Below are positions 1 to 13,256 of a stretch of DNA of 61,258 nucleotides, piece by piece. This DNA comes from Phoronis australis (lineage: Eukaryota > Animalia > Phoronida), in NCBI GenBank assembly GCA_002633005.1, contig NMRA01000770.1, positions 96,163 through 157,420 on the forward strand, in the 5' to 3' direction. Made by a program: the position numbers and the translations under genes. The first letter of the stretch is position 1. Every line of letters starts with the position of its first letter. Under the pieces are notes generated by a model. It worked only from the letters and a program-made list of their open reading frames with translations, was not told the origin of the DNA and ran no database searches.

Positions 1-204
1 CCAGTTAGCGCGTTGCTGCTTTTCTCCGCTGTCTTGTGGCAACTGCTCGTGCCGTCGTCTTGGCTGCACTCGAAGAAGCCCATCGTGTTGCTATACGTGA
101 TGTCGTTCTCCGAAGCGAACACTTGAGACGCGTACTTGGCTATCGCCCAGTTGGGTGAACAGTCGAAATCTGACACGAAGGAATCGACGTTGTATCGAAT
201 GCAA
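1..204 (-). CDS. Secreted Cys-rich protein A, exon 4 (runs off the window)
   Basis: ttacag acceptor; open frame CIRYNVDSFVSDFDCSPNWAIAKY...TMGFFECSQDDGTSSCHKTAEK; homologous to exons 4 and 5 of protein B. Confidence 0.85.
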
Positions 205-506
205 CTGTAATCAACAAAACGACACAATTCTTCAGAACCGCGAAATGCCTCGTTATTTTCCGAATATTTTGTCACCATATTTATAGAATTACAATAAGGG
301 GTAGATTTTCTTTGCTTATTACTGACAAAAACAGTTACAATCCGAAGAATACCGTTCGCCAGAAAAATGCCTTTGACAAGAAATGGATGCTGAATGTTAG
401 ACCTGAAGTTTTGTACTGGGCAACCTGCAGTTCGTGAGAAAAGAACAGTGTTGACGAGAAGTGCACTCGAAGCAGAACTGGAACTGGTGAAAATTTGTCC
501 GTAAGT

Positions 507-869
507 AGAAGTCACGAACTTTAAAATTAGCGCGTAAGTGAAGAAAGACATATTGATCCGACGTTTCGGTTTATTACTTTGAAGCATTCTCAAGTAAACT
601 GTTCACATATTCAAACAGGCGACACAGGTGGAGAACAGACTGTACAGGTACACATCAAAATGCATTGTGAGGGGGGAGAGACCAGAAATCAAAACCCTCC
701 CCCTCGCAATGCATTTTGACCTGTACCATTACAGTGTGTTCACCAGCTGTGTCGCCTAGCTGTTGGAGTATGTGTACTGTTTCCTTGAGAATGGTTTACG
801 TAATAAACCGAAACGTCGGATCAATATGTCTTTATTCACTTATACGCTAATTTTAAAGTTCGTGCTTCT
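507..869. repeat. Palindromic element of about 360 bp (Penelope-like-element related)
   Basis: Arms are reverse complements almost up to the centre (about 685); each arm carries a hammerhead-like motif. Confidence 0.85.
782..820 (+). ncRNA. Minimal hammerhead ribozyme motif, U3-A8 variant
   Basis: UCC-UUGAGAA-U-GGUUUA(cguaa)UAAACC-GAAA-CGUC-GGA: stem I, core, perfect stem II, palindromic stem III, GUC cleavage triplet. Confidence 0.6.
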
Positions 870-1470
870 GTTTTGGCCGAAAACAAATATAAGTAATGCC
901 ATTTCGTAACTGAGTCGCACTGAGTTGTGTGTGTGACTGTTGACTAACTCCTGTAATTACTTTTAACTTTTAAGGTGTGTTACGTGCTGGTCTTGATCCT
1001 TCGGCGTGATGCACGTCCCGTGCACTTGTGGCAGAAATCGAACGTTGTTATCGAATGTTTGCGTCTTCAGAAAAAAAAATAAATTTCAAGGTATTAAATT
1101 CATGCAAAAAAGTTTGTTTCCACTCTCTGTTGAGGGTTTATCAGGTCCACCAGAGGACAAACATTTCTGATCTGCAGGTGCCAAAGACAAACTCTATTTC
1201 GGGGCAGTACACTGTTGATCTTAGCACGCCAACGATTTCCACCCCTTGTCGCCCCAAATTTACCGCATCATCGCCACCATTTTCACCGCGCCCGGTCGTT
1301 GCCCATTTCGCGCAGCAATGACCTCCACCCTCCGACGCATTTGGTTGGCCTTGTAAGTTGCGTATTTTTAAGTAGTAACCTGTACAATTGTCATTAACCG
1401 ATGTTGAAAATTTCTGAAACAGCGTATCAAGTATTTAAAGGCTTAATTCACTAGAAAATTCATGCAGTGG

Positions 1471-1498
1471 AATAATAATAATAATGATAATGATCATA

Positions 1499-1538
<40 letters not shown>

Positions 1539-1540
1539 TC

Positions 1541-1577
<37 letters not shown>

Positions 1578-1591
1578 TAATAATGATCATA

Positions 1592-1643
<52 letters not shown>
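1471..1643. repeat. (AAT)n microsatellite with recurring GATCAT interruptions
   Basis: Read directly from the sequence. Confidence 0.98.
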
Positions 1644-1644
<1 letters not shown>

Positions 1645-2516
1645 TTCGAGCTCAATTTCTATTAAAAAGTTTGGTCCTCGGACCCACCTGGCCTCGCAGT
1701 AAATGTGGCGCGAACAATGCCCTAAATAAACGTCTTTAAAACAAACACTATTCACGAAGTTATAAAGTCATCGCGAAAATTGTTTTTGAAAACGAGATGT
1801 ATAGACTTTCAAGTCATTGTTGCAATACATTTTGAAACTGCGACGCGTAGCCTTGGAATATTCGGTTATCCCGCAGGTTGAAGTGGCCTCAAGGAAGAGA
1901 CCCTGTCGGAAAGTGACCCTTCTATACGAATGGGTATATCTTAAAAAGGAGTAACAATGATGATCTGGGGTCTCCCTCCCTCCGAGAGCTCCTTTTTCAG
2001 ATAAAAGAGTGCTGATGAAAACGGTGTAAGACCTTTCATGGATGCCATCATCGAACCCCTTTCAAATAGACCCGCTCTAAATATGAAAAGATAATATGTA
2101 ACGTCGCGTAGACTGAACAGGAAATGATTAAAGAATTGTATAGTTTCAAGAAACGAGAAAAGAGAGATGTACGATTCTATGCCAAAGAGGGTTTTTTAGA
2201 GAATAGCGGCTTTGAAAGTTATTTTCATGAATTCTGACTAAATTTGCTTTGGAATGTCTGCTATTATCAAGAAAACCCACTTTAATTTTCATGTTCATTT
2301 TAAAAAAGCATGTGATTTTATGATAAAGTGTTCATTCTTATGTGCAAGCAGACGATGCATGCTACAGAAAATTGAAGTGGTTTTCTCCTATAACAAAAAT
2401 GGCTCGTCCGGTGCCTTACATAGGCCTAAGGTAAGTGACGCTTACAAATTATTAGAGCGCATGTTCCCAGCACGACGTCCTAGGACACTGGTTGGACTTT
2501 ACAAACACCCACTTAC

Positions 2517-2733
2517 GCCTGTACGCCGTTGATGTAGTTGTAACCCACGTGACAACCGATCGGCTGCCGACCAAGATGGGCACACAAGTTGCGGTAGTCG
2601 AGACACCAGTCGGCGGAATCGGAACGTCCACTCTTCGGAATTCTCACCTTTAAGAATACGATGGACTTATTTCCCACGATATAGGTCTCCTCCATTCGTT
2701 GGATTTCGAACGCCGTGTTGTTCAGTGTTAGGC
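2517..2733 (-). CDS. Secreted Cys-rich protein A, exon 3
   Basis: ttcag acceptor, GTAAGT donor; LTLNNTAFEIQR...VFLKVRIPKSGRSDSADWCLDYRNLCAHLGRQPIGC; phase 1 to 2; homologous to 10655-10895. Confidence 0.85.
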
Positions 2734-3008
2734 CTGAATATAGAAAGATAATCATATCGTTGGCGACTCGTACGTCTCGGAATTCAGTACCGGTGCACAT
2801 TGTGCTTTTAGCGAACCTCAAACCCAAGGGTCATTTTGTGAAAAATCGCGCAAGTCTGGCCTTATCCAGCTGTATGACGGTAGTAGACACGTCTTTGCGA
2901 AAGCGATGTTACTTTTTTGCAATTGTGAAACGATTGCTAGGCCTACTAACGCAAGCATGACTGAAGTTCACATTCATGCTGAACCCCGCCTTCGTGAACA
3001 ACGTGCAT

Positions 3009-3160
3009 CAGTGCTGTAGCGGGGCGTAAGCGCACGTAGGCGCAGCCAATCACCTTTTGGCATTTGTACGTAGCACCTTCGCACCGTAAGTTACGTTCAG
3101 TGCTCATGGTAATATGGTGGGCTTTCGGCGCCTACTTCTAACTTTACCACTACGACACTG
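3009..3160. mobile_element. hAT-type MITE
   Basis: TIRs CAGTGCTGTAG / CTACGACACTG; perfect 8-bp TSD ACGTGCAT. Confidence 0.85.
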
Positions 3161-3206
3161 ACGTGCATGAATTGTTTACAAATAACACCGTTTTAGCTAA
3201 GACCAG

Positions 3207-3402
3207 GGGCCCGTTCCAAGAAAACAGACTTAGCTAGGACAAATCTTAAACGTAAATTAGCAACTTATTTTAAGTTTGATTAAAGTTTTTGACTGAAGTT
3301 TTGTCTTAAGTTTGACGTAACTTACCAGATGTGGAAGTTTCAAAGTTTGGAGGTTGAGTAAAAAAAAAAAACGAAATTAAGTTGATTTCTAGGTACGGGC
3401 CC
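3207..3402. mobile_element. PIF/Harbinger-type MITE
   Basis: TIRs GGGCCCGTTCCAAGAAA / TTTCTAGGTACGGGCCC; 3-bp TSD CAG. Confidence 0.75.
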
Positions 3403-3949
3403 CAGTCTTACGGTGTCTAATAAGTGTGGGCGCAGGTAACACTGAGAAAATAAAACTGTGAAAATCAGTGTTGTGTGTCGTGCATCCAAACGGTTGCAAC
3501 AGCGGTCTTCTTTGTCAAGAACAGAAACTGTTTCCGAAAAATGCCCGCGTCTGGCTTACTTCGAAATATGGTGTTTCACAAATGACAGACAGACTGAAAG
3601 ATTTAGACACCACTTTGGCAGGAGGGGCTAAGCCGCTATGGAAATTGGAATATTTAAGCAAAAAAAAAAAGAAACGGAAAACAATGGGGTGAATTTAGCA
3701 TACTCGTTACAGTGTATTTGAGATTTCATCGAAGGAAATCTGTTCAGTATACTATTGATGACATATTCCAATGATTGTACCTTTTTGCTAAATTTTAATT
3801 GAAAGACACGATCACATTTCGCAATGGCAAATTGTTGCAAAGTAAAAATATATTTCTACTGGCTTCCTGCAGTTACAGTTTATAATCTTGTATATAGATC
3901 ACTAAATACACAGACATGTTGAAACTTAATATGGTCCCAAAACTCTTAC

Positions 3950-4049
3950 TTCCATTGAAAGGCTCCGCCCATGGCGAGGCTGTGGTGGCGACTGTCGTGG
4001 GTGGCGCGGAACAGTTGAGTAGCAGCGCTTGAAGGTGGTCTCGTCCTTT
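3950..4049 (-). CDS. Secreted Cys-rich protein A, exon 2 (Thr/Pro linker)
   Basis: tttccag acceptor, GTAAG donor; KGRDHLQALLLNCSAPPTTVATTASPWAEPFNG; phase 0 to 1. Confidence 0.8.
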
Positions 4050-5149
4050 CTGGAAATGTGAAAGACATGTTGCGGGTCCAGGATGTTACAAAGAGGAGTA
4101 CTACTCGTTTATTTCGTAAGCTAATCTATATGTACTAAGCCCACCACTAATGACTACCAAAATTGATCTTTGTTCGAGGATCCTTCCTCGCCAGTCGTGA
4201 CGCGAATCTCTCACCTGTTTGATTTATCATCTCCTCATAAAGGACAGACAAGATGAGCTGCAAAAAAGTGCGTGGTTTACTAGCTTAATAATGGTGAAAC
4301 ATATATCTACTAATGGCACCTTCCAGTAGAAATTCAGTTTTCAGGAGGGAGACCGGAAACGTATCTCTGCCTTCAATTCAAGGAGATGATAAATGAATGG
4401 GGCAAAACATGAGCGGCGCAGACCTAAAGACAGTGTGCGTGTGGGGGGGTGCACCGCCCATAGACCGTGGGCTCCGGAGCCCTGAAAAAATGGGGGCTAT
4501 TGCGTTCCCTATTCAAAACAAAATTTCTGACTAAAATGTGTCACTGTGATGTCTTAAACTTTAAACGGTGTTAGGGCGTACAGGTGAATGACCTCGCAAT
4601 GTAATGTTACTGTTGAGGGACAGCATCGGATGCTCTAGCCCACTATCATCCCATCCACAGAGCTGACTAAAAGCGGTTCAGTGTTAGAAGTGTAACCCCC
4701 CCGGTTCAATGATGAACGTCTTGGTGAACCCGTTATAACTTTCCCCGTAATGCTCATATTTCAAAGTAGAAATTTTGCCCTCCGTCGTTCCCGACAGCGC
4801 TTCTTCCCATTTGTTGGGATACGGGCATTTTTTCACGAGTTTCAACCCTTTTCTTGCTGCGCACTGCGTTTCCCTTTTGAATCGCAGTTCTGATGACTGG
4901 CACGTGCTTGGTACAAACCGAACTACGACAGGTACAAGAACAGTTTACGCCCATTTCCTGTCAGTGGGGGGTGGGGGACGGGGTGGAGTGGAAGCGAGCC
5001 CTCCTCTGCTCCCAGATTCCTGTGTCTATGTGTATGTTTCGATTCCAAACCATTTCTTTGACACAAAGTCTATCTAGTAGGCCTATAGGTTCATTCGGGC
5101 AGTAGATTGGGTAAATTTACATGATTTTATATTTGATGTCAATTCCTAC

Positions 5150-5398
5150 CTCAGCGAGCTCGATCTCCAACTTTATCAACAAGTCACTTGAACGCCGTCC
5201 TATCCACTTGGGGAAGTCAACGGCGACACTCTCTTTAGAACACTTGGCAGCAACTCTGTGCTTCAGCTGTTCAAGTTCTTTGTGGAGTTGGTCACGCTTG
5301 TCTTTCAGAGACAGCGCATGCCCATATAAAGGTAAACAGAAAAAGGCGAAGATCGCGAGCGTGCTCGGCATTGTTCTTAGCAACAGCCTGTGCCACAT
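5150..5398 (-). CDS. Secreted Cys-rich protein A, exon 1 (signal peptide and helical region)
   Basis: ATG at 5398; MWHRLLLRTMPSTLAIFAFFCLPLYGHALS...LEIELAE; GTAGG donor at 5149; phase 0, in frame with the next exon. Confidence 0.8.
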
Positions 5399-6380
5399 AC
5401 GTATACCACGTTAAGTATGTCATGATAACACAGTCTGGGAACACACAGGTTTGTTTTTCAAATTTCAAAATTTCCCATATTATAATTAAACGCCATTAAG
5501 AATTAATTGGGGGTCATTTCAATGGTGAAAAAAAAGATTTCTGGGGCTAAAATGAAAACAAGGAGAGACCTAGTCTCGCCCATTTTTTACAGTCATGATA
5601 TACTCCCCTCAGTAAAACCCCTTGTACATAATGCATAATTTACCAACTGTCCAAGTGCTTAGCTGTCAGAGGTGAACTATTCATCGAATAGCTTAAGGTT
5701 TAAACATTACCTCACCATTCGTTCCTGAATTCGGGGGAATTTATCGACCGGCGCTGCTGTCGAATACATTTGTTTACATTCGTCAGGGAAATATAGATCA
5801 CGTGACACTCTTCACAATTAATAATAGCCGCGGTCATAAGACCGCTTACTTCAGTCTGTAAAATTTACGTTTGAAGAAAGAAATAGACGTATTTCTTGGA
5901 AATGTTCAAAACCGTGTGAAAACTCGTGAAATCTCAAACACTATTACAGTATTTTTCCTGAGACTATAAATCACTACCCCTTGGGCCTATGCTAATTAGG
6001 TGCACGCGCATAAACTGCCTTCTCAAATGTAATTTGAAGCAAAGTTGACTCATCCGTTACCAAACGGAAGCCGTTGACGTCGGTGTATTCTGCTCAAACA
6101 GCTTCAGTTGATTTCTTTAATTTTAATCTCGATCCTCAATTTATGACCTCAAATTTTATATGTCTTTTTCACTTTTCTTAACACAGGTACAATTATTACG
6201 ATATGTAGATGACTGACTACATATCATACCAGCGACGTAACCGTGCTGTGATGGAGTGGAGATACCAAGATAAGCGTGTGAAGCAACAGAGAGGCACATC
6301 AAGACGGGTGCCTCTGACGGCGTAAACCGAAAAAAATCCTTCTATCTGGCTTTAGTGTCGTACCTGTTTCACTAATAAAT

Positions 6381-6608
6381 ATGGCGGCGACCACCTACCT
6401 CCCCGTGGTTGTCGGCCTCATCAGTCTCGGCTGTGCTCAAGTGTCTATAGACGACGTCAACGCCAGATTACATTCGTTTCAAATCTTCGTGATGGTTAGC
6501 AAGCTGATGAATGAATGCAGGCCATACTTGCTGTCCACCAGCCCCACAACGGCGCCCATTCCGGGAACTCTCCAGCGCAAGAGCCTACCTTTAGATTTGA
6601 GCTTAAAG
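6381..6608 (+). CDS. Secreted Cys-rich protein B, exon 1, copy A (probably alternate haplotype)
   Basis: MAATTYLPVVVGLISLGCAQ signal-like N-terminus; AAG|GTGAG donor; near-identical to 7988-8215. Confidence 0.6.
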
Positions 6609-7987
6609 GTGAGGTCCCCGTGATATGTTTAAAACCTATTGTTAAATCAAAAATAAGAATTGGTTGAATTGAATTCTATGTGGTTACTTTCCTTTCCTGA
6701 AAGTAAAATTCAGAGAAATGAAACTTACAGTTTCCTCAATTTAGAACAAAATATGGCGGAACTTTGAAATTGTGTTTTCAGAAAAATGTTCTGAGTCAAT
6801 AAAAATAAACATGAAGAAAATTTTACTTCACCATTAGCACAGTTTATACTTTTACACCTGTCATCAACAAAGAAATGATAAAGCTTCGAGCGCTGTTAAA
6901 GCTACGAGCGATTGAGAAATGGAAACGTGACTGTTTTGGCCAATGAGCTATATACATAGAGATGACACGACAATACTCGCAAGCCAGACAGCGCGTGACA
7001 CGCGGTCCGCCATATTGATGATGGACGATTTGTAAACAAAAGCACGGTGGCCTTATGGAAGCCGGGCAATTTTTAGAATAAAATTTGAAATTTTGAATAC
7101 TAAAGAGGTTTTAAAATGTTGGTAACATAAAGCAACGTAAATACGTGACCCTTGCGTTGCTTAAACGGTCATGATAAGGCCGAGAAAAAAATAATTTCCC
7201 AATTATTTGACCGTGAATAGCTGCCGTTATGCCCTGGGATCTCTTGCCAGTTTACGAATTGCAGCGCATATACTTTATAATAGTTTAAAAATACCTCGAT
7301 GACTTTCATAATAGCCACANACCATTCGTTCCTGAATTCTGGGGAATTCATCGACCGGCGCTGCTGCCGAATACATTTGTTTACATTCGTCAGGGAAATA
7401 TAGATCACGTGACACTCTTCACAATTAATAATAGCCGCGGTCATAAGACCGCTTACTTCAGTCTGTAAAATTTACGTTTGAAGAAAGAAATAGACGTATT
7501 TCTTGGAAATGTTCAAAACCGTGTGAAAACTCGTGAAATCTCGAACACTATTACAGTATTTTTCCTGAGACTATAAATCACTACCCCTTGGGCCTATACT
7601 AATTAGGTGCACGAGCGTAAACTGCCTTCTCAAATGTTGATTTGAAGCAAAGTTGACTCATCCGTTACCAAACGGAAGACGTTGACGTTGGTGTATTCTG
7701 CTCAAACAGCTTTAGTTGATTTCTTTAATTTTAAGCTCGATCCTCCATTTATGACCTCAAATCTTATATGTCGTTTTCACTTTTCTTAACACAGGTACAA
7801 TTAGTACTATATGTAGATGACTGACTACATATCATGCCAGCGACGTAACCGTGCTGTGATGGACTGGAGATACCACGATAAGCGTGTGAAGCAACAGAGA
7901 GGCACATCAAGACGGGTGCCTCTGACGGCGTAAACCGAAAAAATCCTTCTATCTGGCTGTAGTGTCCTGCCTGTTTCACTAATCAAT

Positions 7988-8215
7988 ATGGCGGCGACCA
8001 CCTACCTCCCCGTGGTTGTCGGCCTCATCAGTTTCGGCTGTGCTCAAGTGTCTATAGACGACGTCAACGCCAGATTACATTCGTTTCAAATCTTCGTGAT
8101 GGTTAGCAAGCTGATGAATGAATGCAGGCCATACTTGCTGTCCACCAGCCCCACAACGGCGCCAATTCCGGGAACTCTCCAGCGCAAGAACCTACCTTTA
8201 GATTTGAGCTTAAAG
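7988..8215 (+). CDS. Secreted Cys-rich protein B, exon 1, copy B
   Basis: MAATTYLPVVVGLISFGCAQ...LDLSLK; AAG|GTGAG donor, phase 0. Confidence 0.8.
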
Positions 8216-9526
8216 GTGAGGTCCCAGTGATATGTTTAAAAGCTATTGTTAAATCAAAAATGAGAATTGGTTGAATTGAATTCTATTTGGTTACTTTCCT
8301 TTCCTGAAAGTAAAATTCAGAGAAATGAAACTTACAGTTACCTCAATTTAGAACAAAATATGGCGGAATTTTGAAATTATGTTTTCAGAAAAATGTTCCG
8401 AGTCAATAATAATAAACATGAAGAAAACTTTACTTCACCATTAGCATAGTTTATACTTTTACACCTGTCATCAACAAAGAAATGATAAAGCTTCGAGCGC
8501 TGTTAAAGCTACGAGAGATTGAGAAATGGAAACGTGACTGTTTTGGCAACAACGTTTGTGCGAATTTCAGGAAACTGTAACGTACTAGGAACTAGTCACT
8601 AGTGGTAACCCAAAATCGTGCGCATGAGCAGTTCGCGCTTGTAGACTTCATGTAACGCACTTTGTCATTCAAAAGTTCTCTTCCATTTGTTTCCTGAAGT
8701 TTGCATCCGGCCCAATGTTGTCGATTCTGAGTAACCCAGTGCAGTCACGAGTATCTAGATGCCTGTAAATAATTGTTGAAGTTGCCCCCATTTTCGGGGG
8801 GGGGGTGTAACCTTTACCGTACTACTGTGTTGCTGGAAATCATACTTGGAGCGGGAACTCTAAAATTTCGCGCAAAGTGAGCTTGCGACTTAGGCGGTAC
8901 TTGAAGGTCACGTGACTAAACAGCAGGGGTCGAGGGTGATTGACCTCGCAGATTTTACGAAGATAAAAAAGAACCTCCGTAAAACACGTTCAGGTAAGAA
9001 AATTGAGGTATTTTTATGGAGAGGCTACGAACAGCTGTTGACATGCTTTCTAAAATTACGCGTTTTATCCATGCTCTATTGTCGTCGATTATGTCACTTT
9101 TATAAAACTTAAGTAAAATTTTAGCATAATCTTTTACTAATTCTGCTTCCGGTGGAGGGGTCACTCCCAAACTACTCTGATTAAAAGTTTATATAAATAT
9201 ATTAAGCATACAGATATTTTAATACTATTTATGTTAATAATATTTGTACTTAAAAGGGGAGGGGCACACTGTCTTGCACATCAGCACATATTTTTGGTGA
9301 TACTGAACACGCGCTGTGAACATCCGGGCAATGGTCGAGCGTCTGGAAAAACTCAGCACTCTGATTTTCGTTTACAGTGCAACCAAAGAGAATATGGGTA
9401 CACACGCGATTTTGTTTGAATTAGAAGGAAAAATAATTACAGTTCAACGTCAGCGACGTTTCAGAGACGTTTCTTCAATACTACGTCCTACTTTTGACGA
9501 GCGCACTCTCCTTGGTGGCATTTCAG

Positions 9527-9632
9527 ATAGAGCTGATGCAGCGTACTCTAGACGAATTGAAAAAAATATACATCGAATGCCACACAAAGCCCACGACAGA
9601 GATTCACAACGGTCGAAAAATAGTCACAGGAC
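9527..9632 (+). CDS. Secreted Cys-rich protein B, exon 2
   Basis: catttcag acceptor, GTGAGT donor; IELMQRTLDELKKIYIECHTKPTT...; phase 0 to 1; aligns with protein A IELAEKGRDHLQALLLNCSAPPTT. An in-frame alternative acceptor would start the exon at 9443. Confidence 0.7.
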
Positions 9633-10654
9633 GTGAGTAGTTTATTTGATCTTAATGAAATTAAAAGAGAAAGGCGACGTGATTGACATTTGGCATTCAC
9701 CCCGGAAGACGCCAGCCACTGAGAGGTGTTTCCGGAAAGGTTTAGCACAAACAAAAACTGTTGACATTTTGGCTCTACGCTGTTTTTCCTGTTTCATCAT
9801 GAGCGAAACTTAGGGTGGGATGCGTTCTTTAAAGTGTAACTTGCAGGCTAATTCCTTATCTCCCTGTGATGCGCTTGGCCAAATTAGCTAGAAACACAAC
9901 TTACAGCGACGATGTGAATATGAAGCAGGTTAGAAATTGCCAAATGCTTTTAAGAACGAGTTTTGTGGTGAAAACGATCCTCAGAAAATCACTGAACCGT
10001 GTCCAGTAAGTATCATGACGTGGTGCTGAAGAATAACACTGCATCATGGTGCGAGCCTATGTGAGCAAGTTAGGTACGTTATTAGTACAAGGGTCACCTA
10101 TTTGCAGATTTTTTGTTTTCACATTTACAAGTTGTCAATGAGACAACTGCACATTGTTTAGGTTGTTACAATATCGCTGTCGTTTAGTTTCTGCATAGTC
10201 AGGAGCGTGCAAATGCACCTTTAAAGCCCCACAGAGCGCCAATTGCACTATGTCGTAAAGCACGGGTTTCAAGGCCAGGATACGGATAATCTCCACCTTC
10301 ACGTCCTGCAATAGTGTTGTGATTTACAGCGTCTTACTCGCTTTAAAATATTTATTCTCTTTCACGTAGGTTGTGAGTAAGACTACATTACGTCACATCG
10401 GGAACTGAAAGGACAAATATAGTATGAGTTATTTTACCATTTACTCGCCTGCAGGTCAGAGCATTATCTCTACCGGTTGAGAATTTTGCAGATAGCCTAG
10501 TTATGCCGATGGGTCAAACTTCTAATTGTCTATCAGATTCGCAGGTACATGTGTACTTTGCTGGCAACCAGGGCAGGCATGCAGTACTGACTAGTTCACC
10601 CTAGCCACAAAAATGGCAACCACTGCATCTGCAAATTTTCCTCGGTATTTTCAG

Positions 10655-10895
10655 CCTGGTCGTGGAATAACACGGGTTTCGAAGTCATTCGAAAGGTTTT
10701 GATCAAGCGGTTAGCCATCGACGCTCACAATAACGATATCTATCACAAGATATGGCTATTAGACGTCAGGGTCACGAGAAACATGTCTGTAGGCGACACC
10801 TGGTGTCACGATTATCAAACTCTGTGCAGCAACCTTGGCGGAATGAAGACTCTAGGGTGCTCGGAAAGTTACCACAAAGTGGAGGAGTACAAAAC
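10655..10895 (+). CDS. Secreted Cys-rich protein B, exon 3
   Basis: ttttcag acceptor, GTAAG donor; WSWNNTGFEVIR...WCHDYQTLCSNLGGMKTLGC; same phases (1 to 2) as protein A exon 3. Confidence 0.85.
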
Positions 10896-12444
10896 GTAAG
10901 GTTCTGCTGATACTTCACCAGACTCTTTTAGCACGTAGATGATGTCTAGCCGTTGCTGTCGTGGTGGTTTTCTGACGGTAGCCTATCCCCTCGGCGTTGC
11001 ACTAAATAAACCACATGATTGTGCTTTAAATCTGCCTTCTGACGTAACGTCATAAAGCTGACGATTTGACGTTGTTCTTCATTCAGTTTAGACGAGAGTT
11101 CTTGGTTTAAGAAGAACTGACACATCAAAGTTGCTTGCATATACTGAGCCTATTCCGTTGTTTCCTCCTGAATTCATATACAATTCAGCCTCTGGTACAT
11201 TCCTTTGGATATTTTCTAAATTCACTCGCTGGAATTAAAAAGTGCTCGACCTCATGAAAAACATTATATTGTACTATGCAACAGAAAGATTGTTTACAAT
11301 TTTCAATATCATTTTGAATAATTTATGCTTCTCTTTAAAATTTGAACCGGAAACTGCCACTGCTCATACACTCGTCAACATTACTCCAAAAATGGTTACC
11401 TTACATTCATTGACAGTGCACGCAATTCTTTTACATAAATGATGTAAAATTCATCAGTTAAAAAATTCCCATGGAGTTTTCCAGTTGCTCGCCGGTTACA
11501 TTATTGATACACCGGAGCGTATTTTAGTCACTTCCAAATATACGACAAATAAATACCTTACATTCGTTGACAGTTCACGCAATTCTTTTACATAAATGAT
11601 ATAAAATTCATCAGCTAACAACGACTTGCTGACTTGCCACAAAGTAGTTTCTTTTGAATGTTACAATATTTCAACTTCACTGCAATAGCAGAGAGACCAT
11701 TTCTAAATCCATATGAAATGTCTGTCTTTTCCGGAAACTCCATGAATTATTCTATAACTAGAAAAAATACAATCCTGCATTAGTGCGCGGCCTTTTTGTA
11801 AACCGCGCGTAATTTCTCCTCTCGCTAAAATCTCTAATCTTGTGATCAAGCCGCTAAAATATTTTGTTGAATAAAGAGTTGTTGAGCTTATATAGTTAGG
11901 AAAATCTGAGTCTTAGTACTGGATAACATTCTATTCCCCGGCCTCACACGAAACTACTTGTATAAACACCAAGCAACTTTATTTAAAACGGTAACAATAA
12001 ACATGCTAAATTTTGACTAAATTTTGACCAACTATTAAACCATTTGCTAATAAATGCCCAAACGTATCTTTTATAAATTTCAAAGCTGTATTGAAAACGA
12101 TTCACAAAACTTGTTATTCATCTGGAGTTTTTACATCCGGGGCAGCTCTAAATTTCAAATCTCCACACAACTGTATTTTTTCATATCTATCATTTGTGTA
12201 CAAATGGGTATCCTACAGATAATGGATATGAACCATACTGGCAATCAAAAATTGGTTTTTGATAGAAATACGGTTTATCGCCCTTTTAAAATGTTTTGGT
12301 CTAGTGTTTCTTATATGGGCACACGCGCCTTGTAATTCAGGTTTTTAGGAGTCAAAGTGACTCCCTTTAACCGAAAGTATACATGTACGATCTTCTTTAT
12401 GGGCATAAGCACTCGTAAACAAATTTGTCTCTTGTCCATTACAG

Positions 12445-12542
12445 TTGTATCCGGTACAACATGGAATATAAGATACCGAACTACGTGTTCTTGTGTCACC
12501 CTGACGCACAGATAGCCTTGTTGGTCAAGGACGCCCTAACAG
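12445..12542 (+). CDS. Secreted Cys-rich protein B, exon 4
   Basis: ttacag acceptor, GTAGT donor; CIRYNMEYKIPNYVFLCHPDAQIALLVKDALT; phase 2 to 1. Confidence 0.85.
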
Positions 12543-12854
12543 GTAGTGAAACATGCAGAGCTAGCTACTAATACGTGGGAGGGAAAGGGGGGGGGTGGAG
12601 ATGACAAGATCTAACAAAACACAGTTATCTACCACTTATATTATATTTAGAGATGTTCTTTGATCATTGGCAGATACGATTAAATGAGATTCTATCCTGT
12701 TTCCCGGTGTTATACTTGGAACCTGCCGTTGTTTTATAGTAAAATAGCGTCTATCACGACTTATTTTGGTCAGATCAGCTGATTTACATAATTTGCATAT
12801 TTATGCCAAAACGCTGTAGGACACATGGAGTCGCAGTTGAGTTATTGTAGTACG

Positions 12855-13109
12855 CAGTGGCAGATCTACGTTTTCAGTTAGCGGGCGGGGGGTTAGAATT
12901 CGCGCGAACCCGAGGCGCATAGCGCCGAGCGGAGGGAAGGTCGAGAGGGTGTATCTCTCCTCCCGTGTAAGATTTTTTTGGTTTTGTCGTAGCTGATTTC
13001 GTTTTCCTGGCCACACTTTAAAAATGTTTAATCTTGATCCTGTCCCGATGGGAGGGGGGGGGGGGGNNNNNNNNNNNNNNNNNNNNNNNNNNNNNCGTTG
13101 AACCCTCTG
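12855..13109. mobile_element. MITE of the CAGTGGCGGATCT family
   Basis: Left TIR CAGTGGCAGATCTA; decayed right end; 5-bp TSD GTACG. Confidence 0.65.
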
Positions 13110-13256
13110 GTACGTATTTGATGTAATGAGCACAGGTAATTTTTGTCACTCACAATGTAAAACAGTTGGGCATATGGCTCCTGCGCAGCACGGCAGACGA
13201 CAGGAACTCATTCCATTCACGTAACTTCACCATCTACTTGATCATTTTCCCAACAG

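Larger units (their letters stand above)
5714..8547 (+). repeat. Direct duplication of about 1.23 kb (5714-6940 and 7321-8547)
   Basis: Near-identical copies; the second starts right after the single N at 7320. Confidence 0.9.

Noticed and set aside
1435-1755. Poly-Ile and poly-Asn ORFs
   Set aside because: Translations of the (AAT)n microsatellite.
9316-9636. 106-aa ORF in the track
   Set aside because: Wrong frame; the paralogue-supported exon uses another frame at 9527-9632.
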